IMG/VR virus record: IMGVR_UViG_3300002307_000003
DNA from: a virus
Direction: 5' to 3' (one strand)
Length of the DNA: 64,000 nucleotides
Below are positions 16,818 through 25,952 of this stretch, one piece after another. Made by a program: the position numbers and the translations under genes. The stretch's first letter is position 1. The number at the start of each line of letters is the position of its first letter. The notes under the pieces were generated by a model that saw only the letters and a list, made by a program, of their open reading frames with translations, did not search any database and was not told the origin of the DNA.

Positions 16818-18724
16818 TCTATAGTATCGACTTTGAAACGAGATCTTTTGCAGATTTAAAAGATCGAGGGCTAGATATTTATGCAAATTGCTTATCTACA
16901 GAAGTTATTTGTATCGCCTTCGGTACATCAGAAGACAACGTAATTGTCAATGAGCCAACACACGCCGCGATACAACCGCTTTTAACCCATGTTGCTAATG
17001 GGGGTAAAATTGCAGCTTGGAATGCGCTCTTTGAATATGCCATATGGAATTGTGTTTGTGTTCCAAAATATGGATGGCCTGCCCTAAAACTAGAACAGTG
17101 TATCGATACTATGGGTATCGCTGCAGCTAACAATATCCCACAAAGCTTAGATGAAGCCGGTCAATTCTTAGATGCAGAATTTAAGAAAGACCCTATTGGT
17201 AAAAGGCTTATTCAGAAACTATGCAAACCCCACAAAGATGGCTTCAATAAAGACCCCGAATTAATAAATCAGTTATTTGAGTACTGTAAACAAGACGTTA
17301 AAACAGAGATAGCCATAGGACGCATTTTAAGGCCCCTAGACGCGTCTGAACAAAAGATATGGGAGTTGACTCAAAGAATTAATATTAGAGGTGTTCCCGT
17401 CGATCCTATTGAGTTAGATTTTGCAGTAACAGCCGTTGATAATGCTCAAGAAGCTATTAATCAAGAAACATTAACTTTAACTGGATGCAAACCATCAGAA
17501 CGTGCCAAACTATTAAAATGGCTTAATGATCAAGGTGCTAATTTAGAAGATTTAACTGCTGAGACTGTTGAGGCAAAGTTAAACGAAGAGCATTTAACGC
17601 CGAACGTTAAACGTGCATTAGAATTGCGACAAGAAGGAAGCCAAACTAGCGTGGCTAAGTACGCTAAAATGTTGGAGATACAAAACAATGGAAGAATTAG
17701 AAACACGTTGGTCTATCATGGGGCGAGTACTGGCCGTTGGGCTTCGAGGGGTGGACTTAATTTGCAAAATATTGCACGCCCTACATTGGAGGATAACGCT
17801 ATTACAGACGCGATTACACGAGTCTTTAGCACAGGAGTTGGCACGATGTCCGAACTCTCCTCCCTTGTACGATCTGCAATTCGTGCTCCACAAGGGCAGA
17901 CCTTCGTGGATGTCGATTTTAGCTCGATCGAAAACAGAGTGGCGTCTTGGATCGCTAACCAAAATGATAAAGTAGAGCTATTTAGAAAAGGGTTAGATGA
18001 ATACAAGGTATTTGCATCAACTTCTTTGTATCGAGTACCTTATGAAGAGGTGACTAAAGAACAACGCCAAGTCTCTAAATCAGCCGTTTTGGGTTGTATG
18101 TTTGGACAAGGTGCTAAAGGTTTGGTTGAGTATGCTAAAGGTATGGGCGTTAAATTGACAGAAGGCCAATCAAAGAATGCCGTAGATAATTATCGCGCAT
18201 CGTATCCAAAGGTTAAAGCATTATGGTATGCGTGCGAAGATGCTGCTATTCAAGCAGTACAAACGCCTGGTGTTGCATTTAAGGCTAATGATAGAGTGGT
18301 GATGAAGTTTGATAAGGGGGCTTTATGGATGCGTTTACCGAGTGGTAGATTGATATGTTGGCAAAGACCAATGTTGGAATCAGTTATGACGCCTTGGGGT
18401 GCTGAGAAGCTTGCTGTTACAGTGCATGGACTTAATACATTTACCCGTAAGTGGACGCGGAACGTTCTTATTGGAAGTTCCATATTTCAAAGTGCCGTCC
18501 AAGGAACCGCTAGGGATTTCCTTGCCATGGCTATGCTCAGTCTTGAAGATAAAGGATATAGTGTGTGTAACAGTATCCATGATGAAGTCCTATTGTTAGT
18601 TGATGAATCTAAACAAGATGTTGCACTAGATGAAGTCATTAAGATCATGACAACTACACCAAAATGGGCGCCCGATTTTCCTCTCGCTGCCGAAGGGTGG
18701 GTAGGAACTCGCTATCGCAAGTAA
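16814..18724 (+). CDS. family A DNA polymerase with 3'-5' exonuclease
   Basis: Exo I IDFETRS, Exo III YCKQDV, motif A DVDFSSIENRV, motif B RQVSKSAVLGCMFGQG, motif C SIHDEV. ATG 16814 is preferred over TTG 16802. Confidence 0.9.
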   Translation: MIYSIDFETRSFADLKDRGLDIYANCLSTEVICIAFGTSEDNVIVNEPTHAAIQPLLTHVANGGKIAAWNALFEYAIWNCVCVPKYGWPALKLEQCIDTMGIAAANNIPQSLDEAGQFLDAEFKKDPIGKRLIQKLCKPHKDGFNKDPELINQLFEYCKQDVKTEIAIGRILRPLDASEQKIWELTQRINIRGVPVDPIELDFAVTAVDNAQEAINQETLTLTGCKPSERAKLLKWLNDQGANLEDLTAETVEAKLNEEHLTPNVKRALELRQEGSQTSVAKYAKMLEIQNNGRIRNTLVYHGASTGRWASRGGLNLQNIARPTLEDNAITDAITRVFSTGVGTMSELSSLVRSAIRAPQGQTFVDVDFSSIENRVASWIANQNDKVELFRKGLDEYKVFASTSLYRVPYEEVTKEQRQVSKSAVLGCMFGQGAKGLVEYAKGMGVKLTEGQSKNAVDNYRASYPKVKALWYACEDAAIQAVQTPGVAFKANDRVVMKFDKGALWMRLPSGRLICWQRPMLESVMTPWGAEKLAVTVHGLNTFTRKWTRNVLIGSSIFQSAVQGTARDFLAMAMLSLEDKGYSVCNSIHDEVLLLVDESKQDVALDEVIKIMTTTPKWAPDFPLAAEGWVGTRYRK

Positions 18725-18725
18725 T

Positions 18726-19127
18726 CTAGCACTTCCAACGTTTTAATGATGCGGCTTTACGCGTTGGGTTTCCGTGTTCATCTTTCATAGGGCCAGGCAT
18801 GCCTGACATTCTTGCACAAAATGATTTTTTACGAGATCCACCTTCTGGTTGTGGGGCTTTTAAATGACTGCCTGTTTCTCTATTATACTTCTCACGACCC
18901 TTGGCAGTTAAGCCTGCACCTTTAGATACAGGTAGCTTTTCGCCACGACCTACAGCTAGTGATGGACCACCTTTTTTCATTGGCTTTGCAGTCTTTGCTG
19001 ACTCTTTAAAAGCCTCTGCAGTAGGTGCACCTTTTGATCCAGGTTTGCGCATTTTCTCTCCACTACCTTCTGCTATACGTTTTTGTTTAGCGTGGATGTT
19101 TGAATATAGTCCAGGTTTTGTTGCCAT
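18726..19127 (-). CDS. conserved basic phage protein
   Basis: 133 aa. GLYSNIHAKQKR N-terminus and KKSFCARMSG...LKRWKC C-terminus. Last gene of the minus-strand block. Confidence 0.6.
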   Translation of the reverse strand: MATKPGLYSNIHAKQKRIAEGSGEKMRKPGSKGAPTAEAFKESAKTAKPMKKGGPSLAVGRGEKLPVSKGAGLTAKGREKYNRETGSHLKAPQPEGGSRKKSFCARMSGMPGPMKDEHGNPTRKAASLKRWKC

Positions 19128-19135
19128 AATTTTTC

Positions 19136-20392
19136 CTAATTATAATCTTTAAAAGGTGATTTACCTTGACGCATTAAGCGCATAGCTTCTTCTCTTGCAT
19201 GTTTCATTAAAGCTTGTACATCTGGGTGATCTGGATCTAGTAAACCAACTTCAAATTCTTGAGCTGTTTTAATCATGTCAGGTGACATGTTTTGTGTAAT
19301 CATTGGATAGAATGGCTCATCAGAAGTATTACCCCCTAATGATTGTTCAGTCATAACATCACCAGTTAATGTAGGAATCTCACCTTGCCAACCTGATGTC
19401 TTAGGCATCATTTGACCTTGATAGTTTCCTTGCTCATCTTGCCATGATCTTAATCCATACGGATTAGGATAATTCGTTGCCGCTAATCCACCTTGTTTTG
19501 GGTGTGTTTGAGTTGTTGATCCACCACCTGCAAAGAAGTCTTTTAAAGTAAAATTATTTCTTGTTTGTTCTTCTGGTGCAACAAGAGGGTTATCCCCATA
19601 TTGTTTTTTAAAGTTTTTTAAAAATTGTTCTTGATCATAGTAATGATCAATATCATCACCCATAATTCTACTTTTATATACAGAAGGTTGCCCTGGAATT
19701 TCATTTAATTGATCTCTTAAATCTTTGCCAATATCTAATTCAAGAATTGTTTTATCAAATCCAGCTTTATCTAAAGCAGCTGATCTATGTCGACCTTCAT
19801 GCCCCGTAATATTTAATGGCGTACCTAAAGCTTCTTTTATAGAAGGAGATGTAATTAAATCCAAGTTTACTTTAGGAACTCTATTAAAACCACCTTGAGT
19901 TTTTAATACATTATTTGCAAGATGTGAAATATAATCAGCTTGATTTAATCCAGCATCACTTTCTAAATTGAGAAATCCTGAAGGGGATTTAACATATGTA
20001 TTGTGATATCCCGGACCTGAAGGTAATGCATATGCATATTTATCACTGAATTCCGAAGGATTGGTAATAGTTAATAGATTAGGTCTACGGCCGGACCATC
20101 CAGCGTTAGCTCTAGAAAATAAATCAAATAATCCACGTTCATCAAATTGTTTTTCTAAATTAGGAACTTCATCTGCCGCTCGTTCTAAACGAGTTGCTAA
20201 ATAATTTCCACCTTTTTCTTCATTAATTAATCTATCTTTAATTTTAGCTATCAAGCTTGGTGTAACTTTTGTTCCAATAGATCCTACAGCCATGGGTCCA
20301 AAGTTTAATGCCATATCCATCATGTCTTGTTCAGTCATGGGCTTTGCTGGCTTCTTTAAATCTTCAATGATCTTGTTACCCTCACCACGCAT
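19136..20392 (-). CDS. virion-associated protein, possibly the C-terminal part of a frameshift fusion
   Basis: 418-aa ORF with no SD before ATG 20392. Its frame stays open for a further 43 codons upstream, to the A7 run at 20521-20527. ITGHEGRHRSAAL vaguely resembles a ParB/Srx DGxHR motif. Confidence 0.55.
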   Translation of the reverse strand: MRGEGNKIIEDLKKPAKPMTEQDMMDMALNFGPMAVGSIGTKVTPSLIAKIKDRLINEEKGGNYLATRLERAADEVPNLEKQFDERGLFDLFSRANAGWSGRRPNLLTITNPSEFSDKYAYALPSGPGYHNTYVKSPSGFLNLESDAGLNQADYISHLANNVLKTQGGFNRVPKVNLDLITSPSIKEALGTPLNITGHEGRHRSAALDKAGFDKTILELDIGKDLRDQLNEIPGQPSVYKSRIMGDDIDHYYDQEQFLKNFKKQYGDNPLVAPEEQTRNNFTLKDFFAGGGSTTQTHPKQGGLAATNYPNPYGLRSWQDEQGNYQGQMMPKTSGWQGEIPTLTGDVMTEQSLGGNTSDEPFYPMITQNMSPDMIKTAQEFEVGLLDPDHPDVQALMKHAREEAMRLMRQGKSPFKDYN

Positions 20393-20495
20393 TATGCGAG
20401 CTGCGGGAGCATCACCTTTACGCCAATCATCAAACGCTACAGATAGCGGCGATGACTGATCTACAAAAGACGTAGCTTTTTTATCTTTGACATTA

Positions 20496-20527
20496 CCGCC
20501 CCCTTCAAAGGCGGGAACTATTTTTTT
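20496..20527 (-). other. candidate -1 programmed frameshift site
   Basis: mRNA AUA AAA AAA UAG, with the slippery A_AAA_AAA at 20527-20521. A 6-nt spacer is followed by a CCGCC/GGCGG stem (20514-20496). Confidence 0.4.
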
Positions 20528-21378
20528 ATGTGTGCTAACCCACCGGCTTTTTTAGATTGTGTTTCATTGCTTGGAGCAATTGCTTCAGCGCCTAATCCTA
20601 AACCCATACTCAATGGTAGTCCTACTGTTTCTAATGGTGGATAAAATTCGCTACCTAATGCAGCACCCCCACCAAGAATATTCATAGCACCAGAGACTTT
20701 ATTTCTCCAGCCTGGTTGTTGAAGTCTGTCAACACCGCCTACTAATTGAGCACCAGATAGAGCTCTACCAGCGTATGGAAGAATTGATTTAATACCTGGG
20801 GCATTAGCAACTTTACCTATAGCAGATCGGGAAGATGTTTTTGCGGCTTCTTCAGCAGCAACTTTTTCTGCTGCAGCTTTTGCTGCTGCTTGACGGTCTA
20901 TAATTAATTGTGAATTTGTACCCTTTGGCACTAATTCAGGTTTCTCTATTGAGATTTCCCATTTTGCCGCTTCTTTAGGAGACATCGCAGCATGTTGTGC
21001 TTTAATTTTTTCTAATTCTGCATTAAGATTATAAATATCAGCACCAGATGCATGCCATGCAGGTGTTCCTGCTAATGGATCTTTTGCAGCGGCTGCAGCA
21101 GCAGTTGGGTCTTTACTTGCTAGTGTTTTATTTAAGAGATCAATTGTTTTATGTTTTAATCCCAATCCTACATCTTGAATAAGTTTGGAAGCTGCTCCAA
21201 TTGCGGCACCTGCTGTTTTAGTTTGATTTGGATAATAATTAGGTGCATTTAAATTACCATTTTCATCCGTATGATTTTGAACAAGGTCATCAATAAATTG
21301 TTTTTGGTCTTCTGGAGATTTATCTTCAAAATGATTTGGAAGATTAACTATTGTTCCATTAATAGCATATTGTCCCAT
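20518..21378 (-). CDS. virion/internal protein (Ala-rich)
   Basis: 286-aa ORF ending KKAGGLAHIKK at the slippery run. Confidence 0.6.
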   Translation of the reverse strand: MGQYAINGTIVNLPNHFEDKSPEDQKQFIDDLVQNHTDENGNLNAPNYYPNQTKTAGAAIGAASKLIQDVGLGLKHKTIDLLNKTLASKDPTAAAAAAKDPLAGTPAWHASGADIYNLNAELEKIKAQHAAMSPKEAAKWEISIEKPELVPKGTNSQLIIDRQAAAKAAAEKVAAEEAAKTSSRSAIGKVANAPGIKSILPYAGRALSGAQLVGGVDRLQQPGWRNKVSGAMNILGGGAALGSEFYPPLETVGLPLSMGLGLGAEAIAPSNETQSKKAGGLAHIKK

Positions 21379-21379
21379 G

Positions 21380-23200
21380 TTAGTCTCCTACCTTTTGTAC
21401 AGTATGGCCAGCATTTGTTTTAATTGCATTTTGTGGATTATCTCCAAGCGACTCTTTACCGGGGGATAAACTTTTCCAATGGCCATAAGCATCTGTCGAT
21501 TTAAAATTAGTCCATGTAGGTCTAATTCCCATTTTGGCTTCTTGTTCATAAAATTTTTGCCAAGCATTAGCTAAACCTAAATTTTTAGTAGCTTCATGTT
21601 TAATAAGATTAATAGCAAGTTGATTAGACGTCGTTGGATCATCCACACTTAAACCTTTAGCTTTTTGTTGTTGACCTAATTCCATGTTAGTCATACGACC
21701 AGGGAAGTTTAATTTAGCATAAGCGATACCTAATTGAGTAGCTAATGCATCAGCATTATTACGATAACCTAATTCTTTTTCATTTAATTCAGTATTAGTA
21801 ATAGCATTTCTTAAATCCCAACCATGACCTGCTTCTGATCCAGGTTTTTTAACACCAGGTAAAGCTTCTAACCAAGGCACTACATCTTTTAAAATTGGAT
21901 GGCTTGTAATAGGAGCAAAAATATTTGGATGTTTATCTAAATATTGTTCATATCTTTGTACATCATCAAGCGCATTTTTAGCTTGTGCAGCACGTGATTG
22001 TAGATCCTTAATATCAAGCATGTCTTCTTTTTCACGCTCATTACCACCTGTTGTTTCAATTGTGTTTTTAATATCTCTATTCTTTGCAATTTCTTCAGGC
22101 GCTGTAGGATAGCTTTCTATAGGTGCTGGTCTTGTTACAACTTTTGGAGTATTGGGAGTAACATTAACAACTGGAGCTGCAGGTATACGAACATTATTAC
22201 TTGCATCAGCAACTAAAGTTGGAGGCACATCTGCAAATACTGAATTACCATCAGCATAATGTTGAACCCTTCCACCTTCTTTGTATTCAGTTCTTGCTTT
22301 TGGAACAAGAGATGGATCAGGAACAAATTTAGGAGCTGCAGGTTTATTATGTATTGGGGCATTTGATGAAACTATAGGCTTACCAGTGGGATCAAGCTGT
22401 TGTCCTGTTGAAGGATCCATAATAGTTACATTTGGCTGATTTAAATATTTTTGAGCATCTCTTAATGACATTTGTTTAGTAGTTGAGTTAACACCCTTAC
22501 CAAATCCAAGAAGAATAGGTTTATTCCACTCAATATTATAAAAGTTTTTAGCGCGCTCTACGTTAACATCTTTAGCATATTCATTATAAATTTTATCCCA
22601 TTCAGCTTTTGTTTGAGCACCAGCTAATGCATTTTGAATTTCAGTAGGTAAAGTATAAATATTAGAAATTCCACCTAAATTAGCAGATCCTTCAGCACCA
22701 GATGGGGCATTTGCACCAGTTAAAAATTTATCTTTCATTTTATTAAATGCAGCTTGGTTTGCTTGACCAGCTTTAAACTGTTCAATCTGCATTTGCATAT
22801 CAAATGCGGATTTAGCATTATCTTGAGATTGTTTTTGGATATTAAGTATATCTTCAGGATTTCCTGTGCCATATGCAATCGCTGATTGTAAATGTTGATC
22901 CAATGGAGACATCATATTTCCAGAACTACCTTCTCTTTGATTCTTAAATGCTTGCATGTTTTCTAGTATGCGTGCAGATTGTTCAGGATCATAAAGGCCA
23001 GTACCATAATTAATACCACCTTTACCTTTTGCTCCCGTTCCAGTTCCAGATTTCATAACAGTAGAAGTACCTTGAGTGTCTCCTGAATCTGATGTATTAT
23101 TTAATGGTGAATCAGTAGACATGCCAGGATCACGTTTTGGAAATGGCGAATTGCCACCTAAAACGCCAGGAATACTTAAAATAAGAGATAATGGATTCAT
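21380..23200 (-). CDS. large internal virion/ejection-like protein
   Basis: 606 aa. Assigned by position among low-complexity virion genes. No enzymatic motif recognised. Confidence 0.55.
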   Translation of the reverse strand: MNPLSLILSIPGVLGGNSPFPKRDPGMSTDSPLNNTSDSGDTQGTSTVMKSGTGTGAKGKGGINYGTGLYDPEQSARILENMQAFKNQREGSSGNMMSPLDQHLQSAIAYGTGNPEDILNIQKQSQDNAKSAFDMQMQIEQFKAGQANQAAFNKMKDKFLTGANAPSGAEGSANLGGISNIYTLPTEIQNALAGAQTKAEWDKIYNEYAKDVNVERAKNFYNIEWNKPILLGFGKGVNSTTKQMSLRDAQKYLNQPNVTIMDPSTGQQLDPTGKPIVSSNAPIHNKPAAPKFVPDPSLVPKARTEYKEGGRVQHYADGNSVFADVPPTLVADASNNVRIPAAPVVNVTPNTPKVVTRPAPIESYPTAPEEIAKNRDIKNTIETTGGNEREKEDMLDIKDLQSRAAQAKNALDDVQRYEQYLDKHPNIFAPITSHPILKDVVPWLEALPGVKKPGSEAGHGWDLRNAITNTELNEKELGYRNNADALATQLGIAYAKLNFPGRMTNMELGQQQKAKGLSVDDPTTSNQLAINLIKHEATKNLGLANAWQKFYEQEAKMGIRPTWTNFKSTDAYGHWKSLSPGKESLGDNPQNAIKTNAGHTVQKVGD

Positions 23201-23220
23201 AAATATTTATACTTTCAAAA

Positions 23221-24153
23221 TTATATTGTCATACCTGGATCAGAACCACCAAAATATGGATCACTGCCACCACCACCACTATATGGATCATTGCCACTGC
23301 CATAAGAAGAATCTGCTCCGGTATAAATAGGTAAGTTACCATAAGAGTCAGAACCTGCTGTTCCATTACCACCACCACCAAGTAATCCACCTATAACATT
23401 AAGAATACCACCAGAACCAGATCCTATACCAAGATTTTTAAGAATATCTCCACCAGCTCCAAGAATACTACTAATACCCCCAATTTGAGCAGCTAAAGGT
23501 AACTGAGTTGTAACTTGTGTTGATTCAGGAGCTTTAATTGTATTTAAAATTTGAGCTAAATTCGCTGTTGACTGCATTGGATTAGCTTGTTGTAATTGAC
23601 CTAATGCCGTTTCAGTTGCAGTTCCTTGTGAACCCACATTTCCTAAAGCAGTATTAGCTCCAATAGCTGTTTTTTGAGCATCAAGAGCTGCTTGATATTG
23701 TCCCGGCAACATTTGAGCTTGAGCATTAGCAATAGCTGTATCTGCAGCAGTAGCATTTCTTAAACTACCAAATTGACCACCAGAGATTGATTGTGCATTT
23801 GGTTGAGCTGTATATTGAGGAATAAGTTGTTGTAGTTGTTGATTTTGTGCTGCAAATAACCCACCTAATGGTGTTGCCGTATTTGGAGTAACTTGTCCAG
23901 ATGCCGATGTTAACCAAGGATTGGCGTTAGATGAAGCTATTGAAGATAAATTAGATTGAGCTTGAGCAAAAGGATTAGTAGGGCCAGATAAATTATTAAT
24001 GGCTTGACCTGCCACAGTATTTTGTAATGTTGGCATTGCTGCCGCACCAGCAGTTGCTTGATTAACAACATTTTGTTGTGCCTGGTCATACCACGCAGGC
24101 ATTGCCGTAGTTGAGGTTTTACTTGTGGTTAATAGACTATCTAATCCAGACAT
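23221..24153 (-). CDS. Gln/Ala/Gly-rich virion protein
   Basis: 310 aa, low complexity. C-terminal GSDPY/GSDS repeats. Confidence 0.55.
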   Translation of the reverse strand: MSGLDSLLTTSKTSTTAMPAWYDQAQQNVVNQATAGAAAMPTLQNTVAGQAINNLSGPTNPFAQAQSNLSSIASSNANPWLTSASGQVTPNTATPLGGLFAAQNQQLQQLIPQYTAQPNAQSISGGQFGSLRNATAADTAIANAQAQMLPGQYQAALDAQKTAIGANTALGNVGSQGTATETALGQLQQANPMQSTANLAQILNTIKAPESTQVTTQLPLAAQIGGISSILGAGGDILKNLGIGSGSGGILNVIGGLLGGGGNGTAGSDSYGNLPIYTGADSSYGSGNDPYSGGGGSDPYFGGSDPGMTI

Positions 24154-25190
24154 TATTTTTTCACCTTATGATTTGCTTCTGATAAATAAGATAAAACACC
24201 TTTACTATCTGGTGGTAACTTATTAGGAGCATGTTGTTGTTTATGTTGTCTTATTGTATGTAAAAATTTATCTAAGACTTTAGATCCACTATCATTACTT
24301 CCATTACCTAATGATGAAACGACATCAGCAGGAATAACAAATTCACCATTAGCAAGCATGGCTGGTACACTATCAGAAGTACCGTCTCCATCACCTTGTA
24401 CATATGTATTTTTCATACCACCTTCACTATAAAATTCAGGAGTATGTTCTGCTTCTCCACCTTCTGCATATAGTTCTGGTTTAACTGCAGGTACTAAATT
24501 TTCAAAACCTGTGGGTTTATTAATTAATGAAATCGGAGCAAAAGTTCTACCATGAAACGCATTATGAGATAGCGATGGATTAGGATTATCTCTTAACCAA
24601 TTTTTATTTGATAAGCCCATATCAGTAGTGCCACCAGTAGCAAAATTAACTGGAGATCCAAATGTTTCGGCTTTAACACCACCGCTTGTTAAATTAATTG
24701 GAGCACTGCTTCCTGGCGTTACTTGAGGAACAACAACAGAAGAATCAGTTAATCCTTTAGCTGAAGAGTACGGATCTGATCCTTTAGATGTGCCTGTGCC
24801 TGTACCTGTACCTGTGCCTTTACCACCACCTGATGTAGAACCTGGGAATAATCCTGGAATATTAGGAATGTGTGGTAATCTTATACCACCGAAAGGATCA
24901 GATCCACCAGGTATTTTTGATACATCTGTTCCAGGAGGAACACCTGGATCCCATCCGCCATATGAATCTGTGCCTGAAATATAATCTGAGCCAGGGTCAA
25001 TGCCACCAAAAGCATCGCCGCCAACACCCGGATCAATACCACCAAATGAGTCGCCACCTGGAAGAAAATCTGAGCCTGAGTCAAAACCAAGAACATCCCC
25101 AATACCGATATCAATTCCTAAGACGTCAGTTACCCCTGGAACAAAGTCACTGCCCGGTATAAAATCACTTCCTGGTACAAAATCACCCAT
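24153..25190 (-). CDS. virion protein with GSDF/GIDPG repeats
   Basis: N-terminal short repeats (GSDFIPGSDFVPG, FGGIDPG x2), a (GT)n tract, and a C-terminal GDGDGTSDSVPAMLANGEFVIPADVV motif. Confidence 0.6.
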   Translation of the reverse strand: MGDFVPGSDFIPGSDFVPGVTDVLGIDIGIGDVLGFDSGSDFLPGGDSFGGIDPGVGGDAFGGIDPGSDYISGTDSYGGWDPGVPPGTDVSKIPGGSDPFGGIRLPHIPNIPGLFPGSTSGGGKGTGTGTGTGTSKGSDPYSSAKGLTDSSVVVPQVTPGSSAPINLTSGGVKAETFGSPVNFATGGTTDMGLSNKNWLRDNPNPSLSHNAFHGRTFAPISLINKPTGFENLVPAVKPELYAEGGEAEHTPEFYSEGGMKNTYVQGDGDGTSDSVPAMLANGEFVIPADVVSSLGNGSNDSGSKVLDKFLHTIRQHKQQHAPNKLPPDSKGVLSYLSEANHKVKK

Positions 25191-25193
25191 TAC

Positions 25194-25652
25194 TTACTCC
25201 AATACGATCGAATATATTTTTTCAAAATAACCAGCACCAAGTCTTTCCAGTAATTTACCATAATCATTAGATGGTTTTACTGACATTAAGATCCGTTGTG
25301 GTTTCCGTTCTTTAATCTTATCTATAGACCACTTAATAAATGTAAAAGCATTCAATCCTTTTCTATATTCAGGAAGAATGTATATTAACGTGGATGTTGC
25401 GGTAACGCTTTGTTTATAGTGTATATGTCTACCTAAAATCCACATACTGTAACCTACAAGATTACCATCATCTCTGATAGTATGAACCTCAGCTCTATTT
25501 AAAGCTTCTAGTTTAAAATATTGCTTATAATTAGGATTTAATGGGATCTTATCTAAATGCTCTGAGGATTCTTCGGCATGTTTTTTAAATAAGTTTTGTA
25601 CGTCTTTATCAGATGCAAAGACGGCTCCCGGTTCTTTTTGGTAGGTTATCAT
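25194..25652 (-). CDS. GNAT-like acetyltransferase
   Basis: 152 aa. YILPEYRKGLNAFTFIKW loosely fits GNAT motif A. Has its own promoter-like element. Confidence 0.4.
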   Translation of the reverse strand: MITYQKEPGAVFASDKDVQNLFKKHAEESSEHLDKIPLNPNYKQYFKLEALNRAEVHTIRDDGNLVGYSMWILGRHIHYKQSVTATSTLIYILPEYRKGLNAFTFIKWSIDKIKERKPQRILMSVKPSNDYGKLLERLGAGYFEKIYSIVLE

Positions 25653-25659
25653 CTAGGTA

Positions 25660-25690
25660 TACTAATGCAAATTTAGCTTAGTTTACGCCC
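25660..25690 (-). promoter_or_regulatory. bipartite promoter-like element GGGCG-N16-TGCATTAGTA
   Basis: Plus strand shows TACTAATGCA 25660-25669, 16 nt, then CGCCC 25686-25690. The motif ends 7 nt before ATG 25652. Confidence 0.6.
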
Positions 25691-25691
25691 A

Positions 25692-25952
25692 CTATTTATT
25701 AGGTTTTCCGTTAATTATAAGGACAAACTCATTAGCCCAGTCTTCCCATTTACTGAATAGAGTAGGATCAGGAACTAAGTAACTTGAAAAGGATGGTAAT
25801 TGTGCTATATTTTTAGCCGTAATTTGCCAATCTGCTTCTTCGCTATAAGGAATAGGTTCTTGACCATAATACATGACTAAATTGCCATTAAAATTTTCCC
25901 ATGTTGTGTATTGAGGTAAGAATGGAAAAACATTCTGAAAATTATTAGCCAT
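25692..25952 (-). CDS. hypothetical protein
   Basis: 86-aa ORF translationally coupled to the upstream gene. Confidence 0.5.
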   Translation of the reverse strand: MANNFQNVFPFLPQYTTWENFNGNLVMYYGQEPIPYSEEADWQITAKNIAQLPSFSSYLVPDPTLFSKWEDWANEFVLIINGKPNK

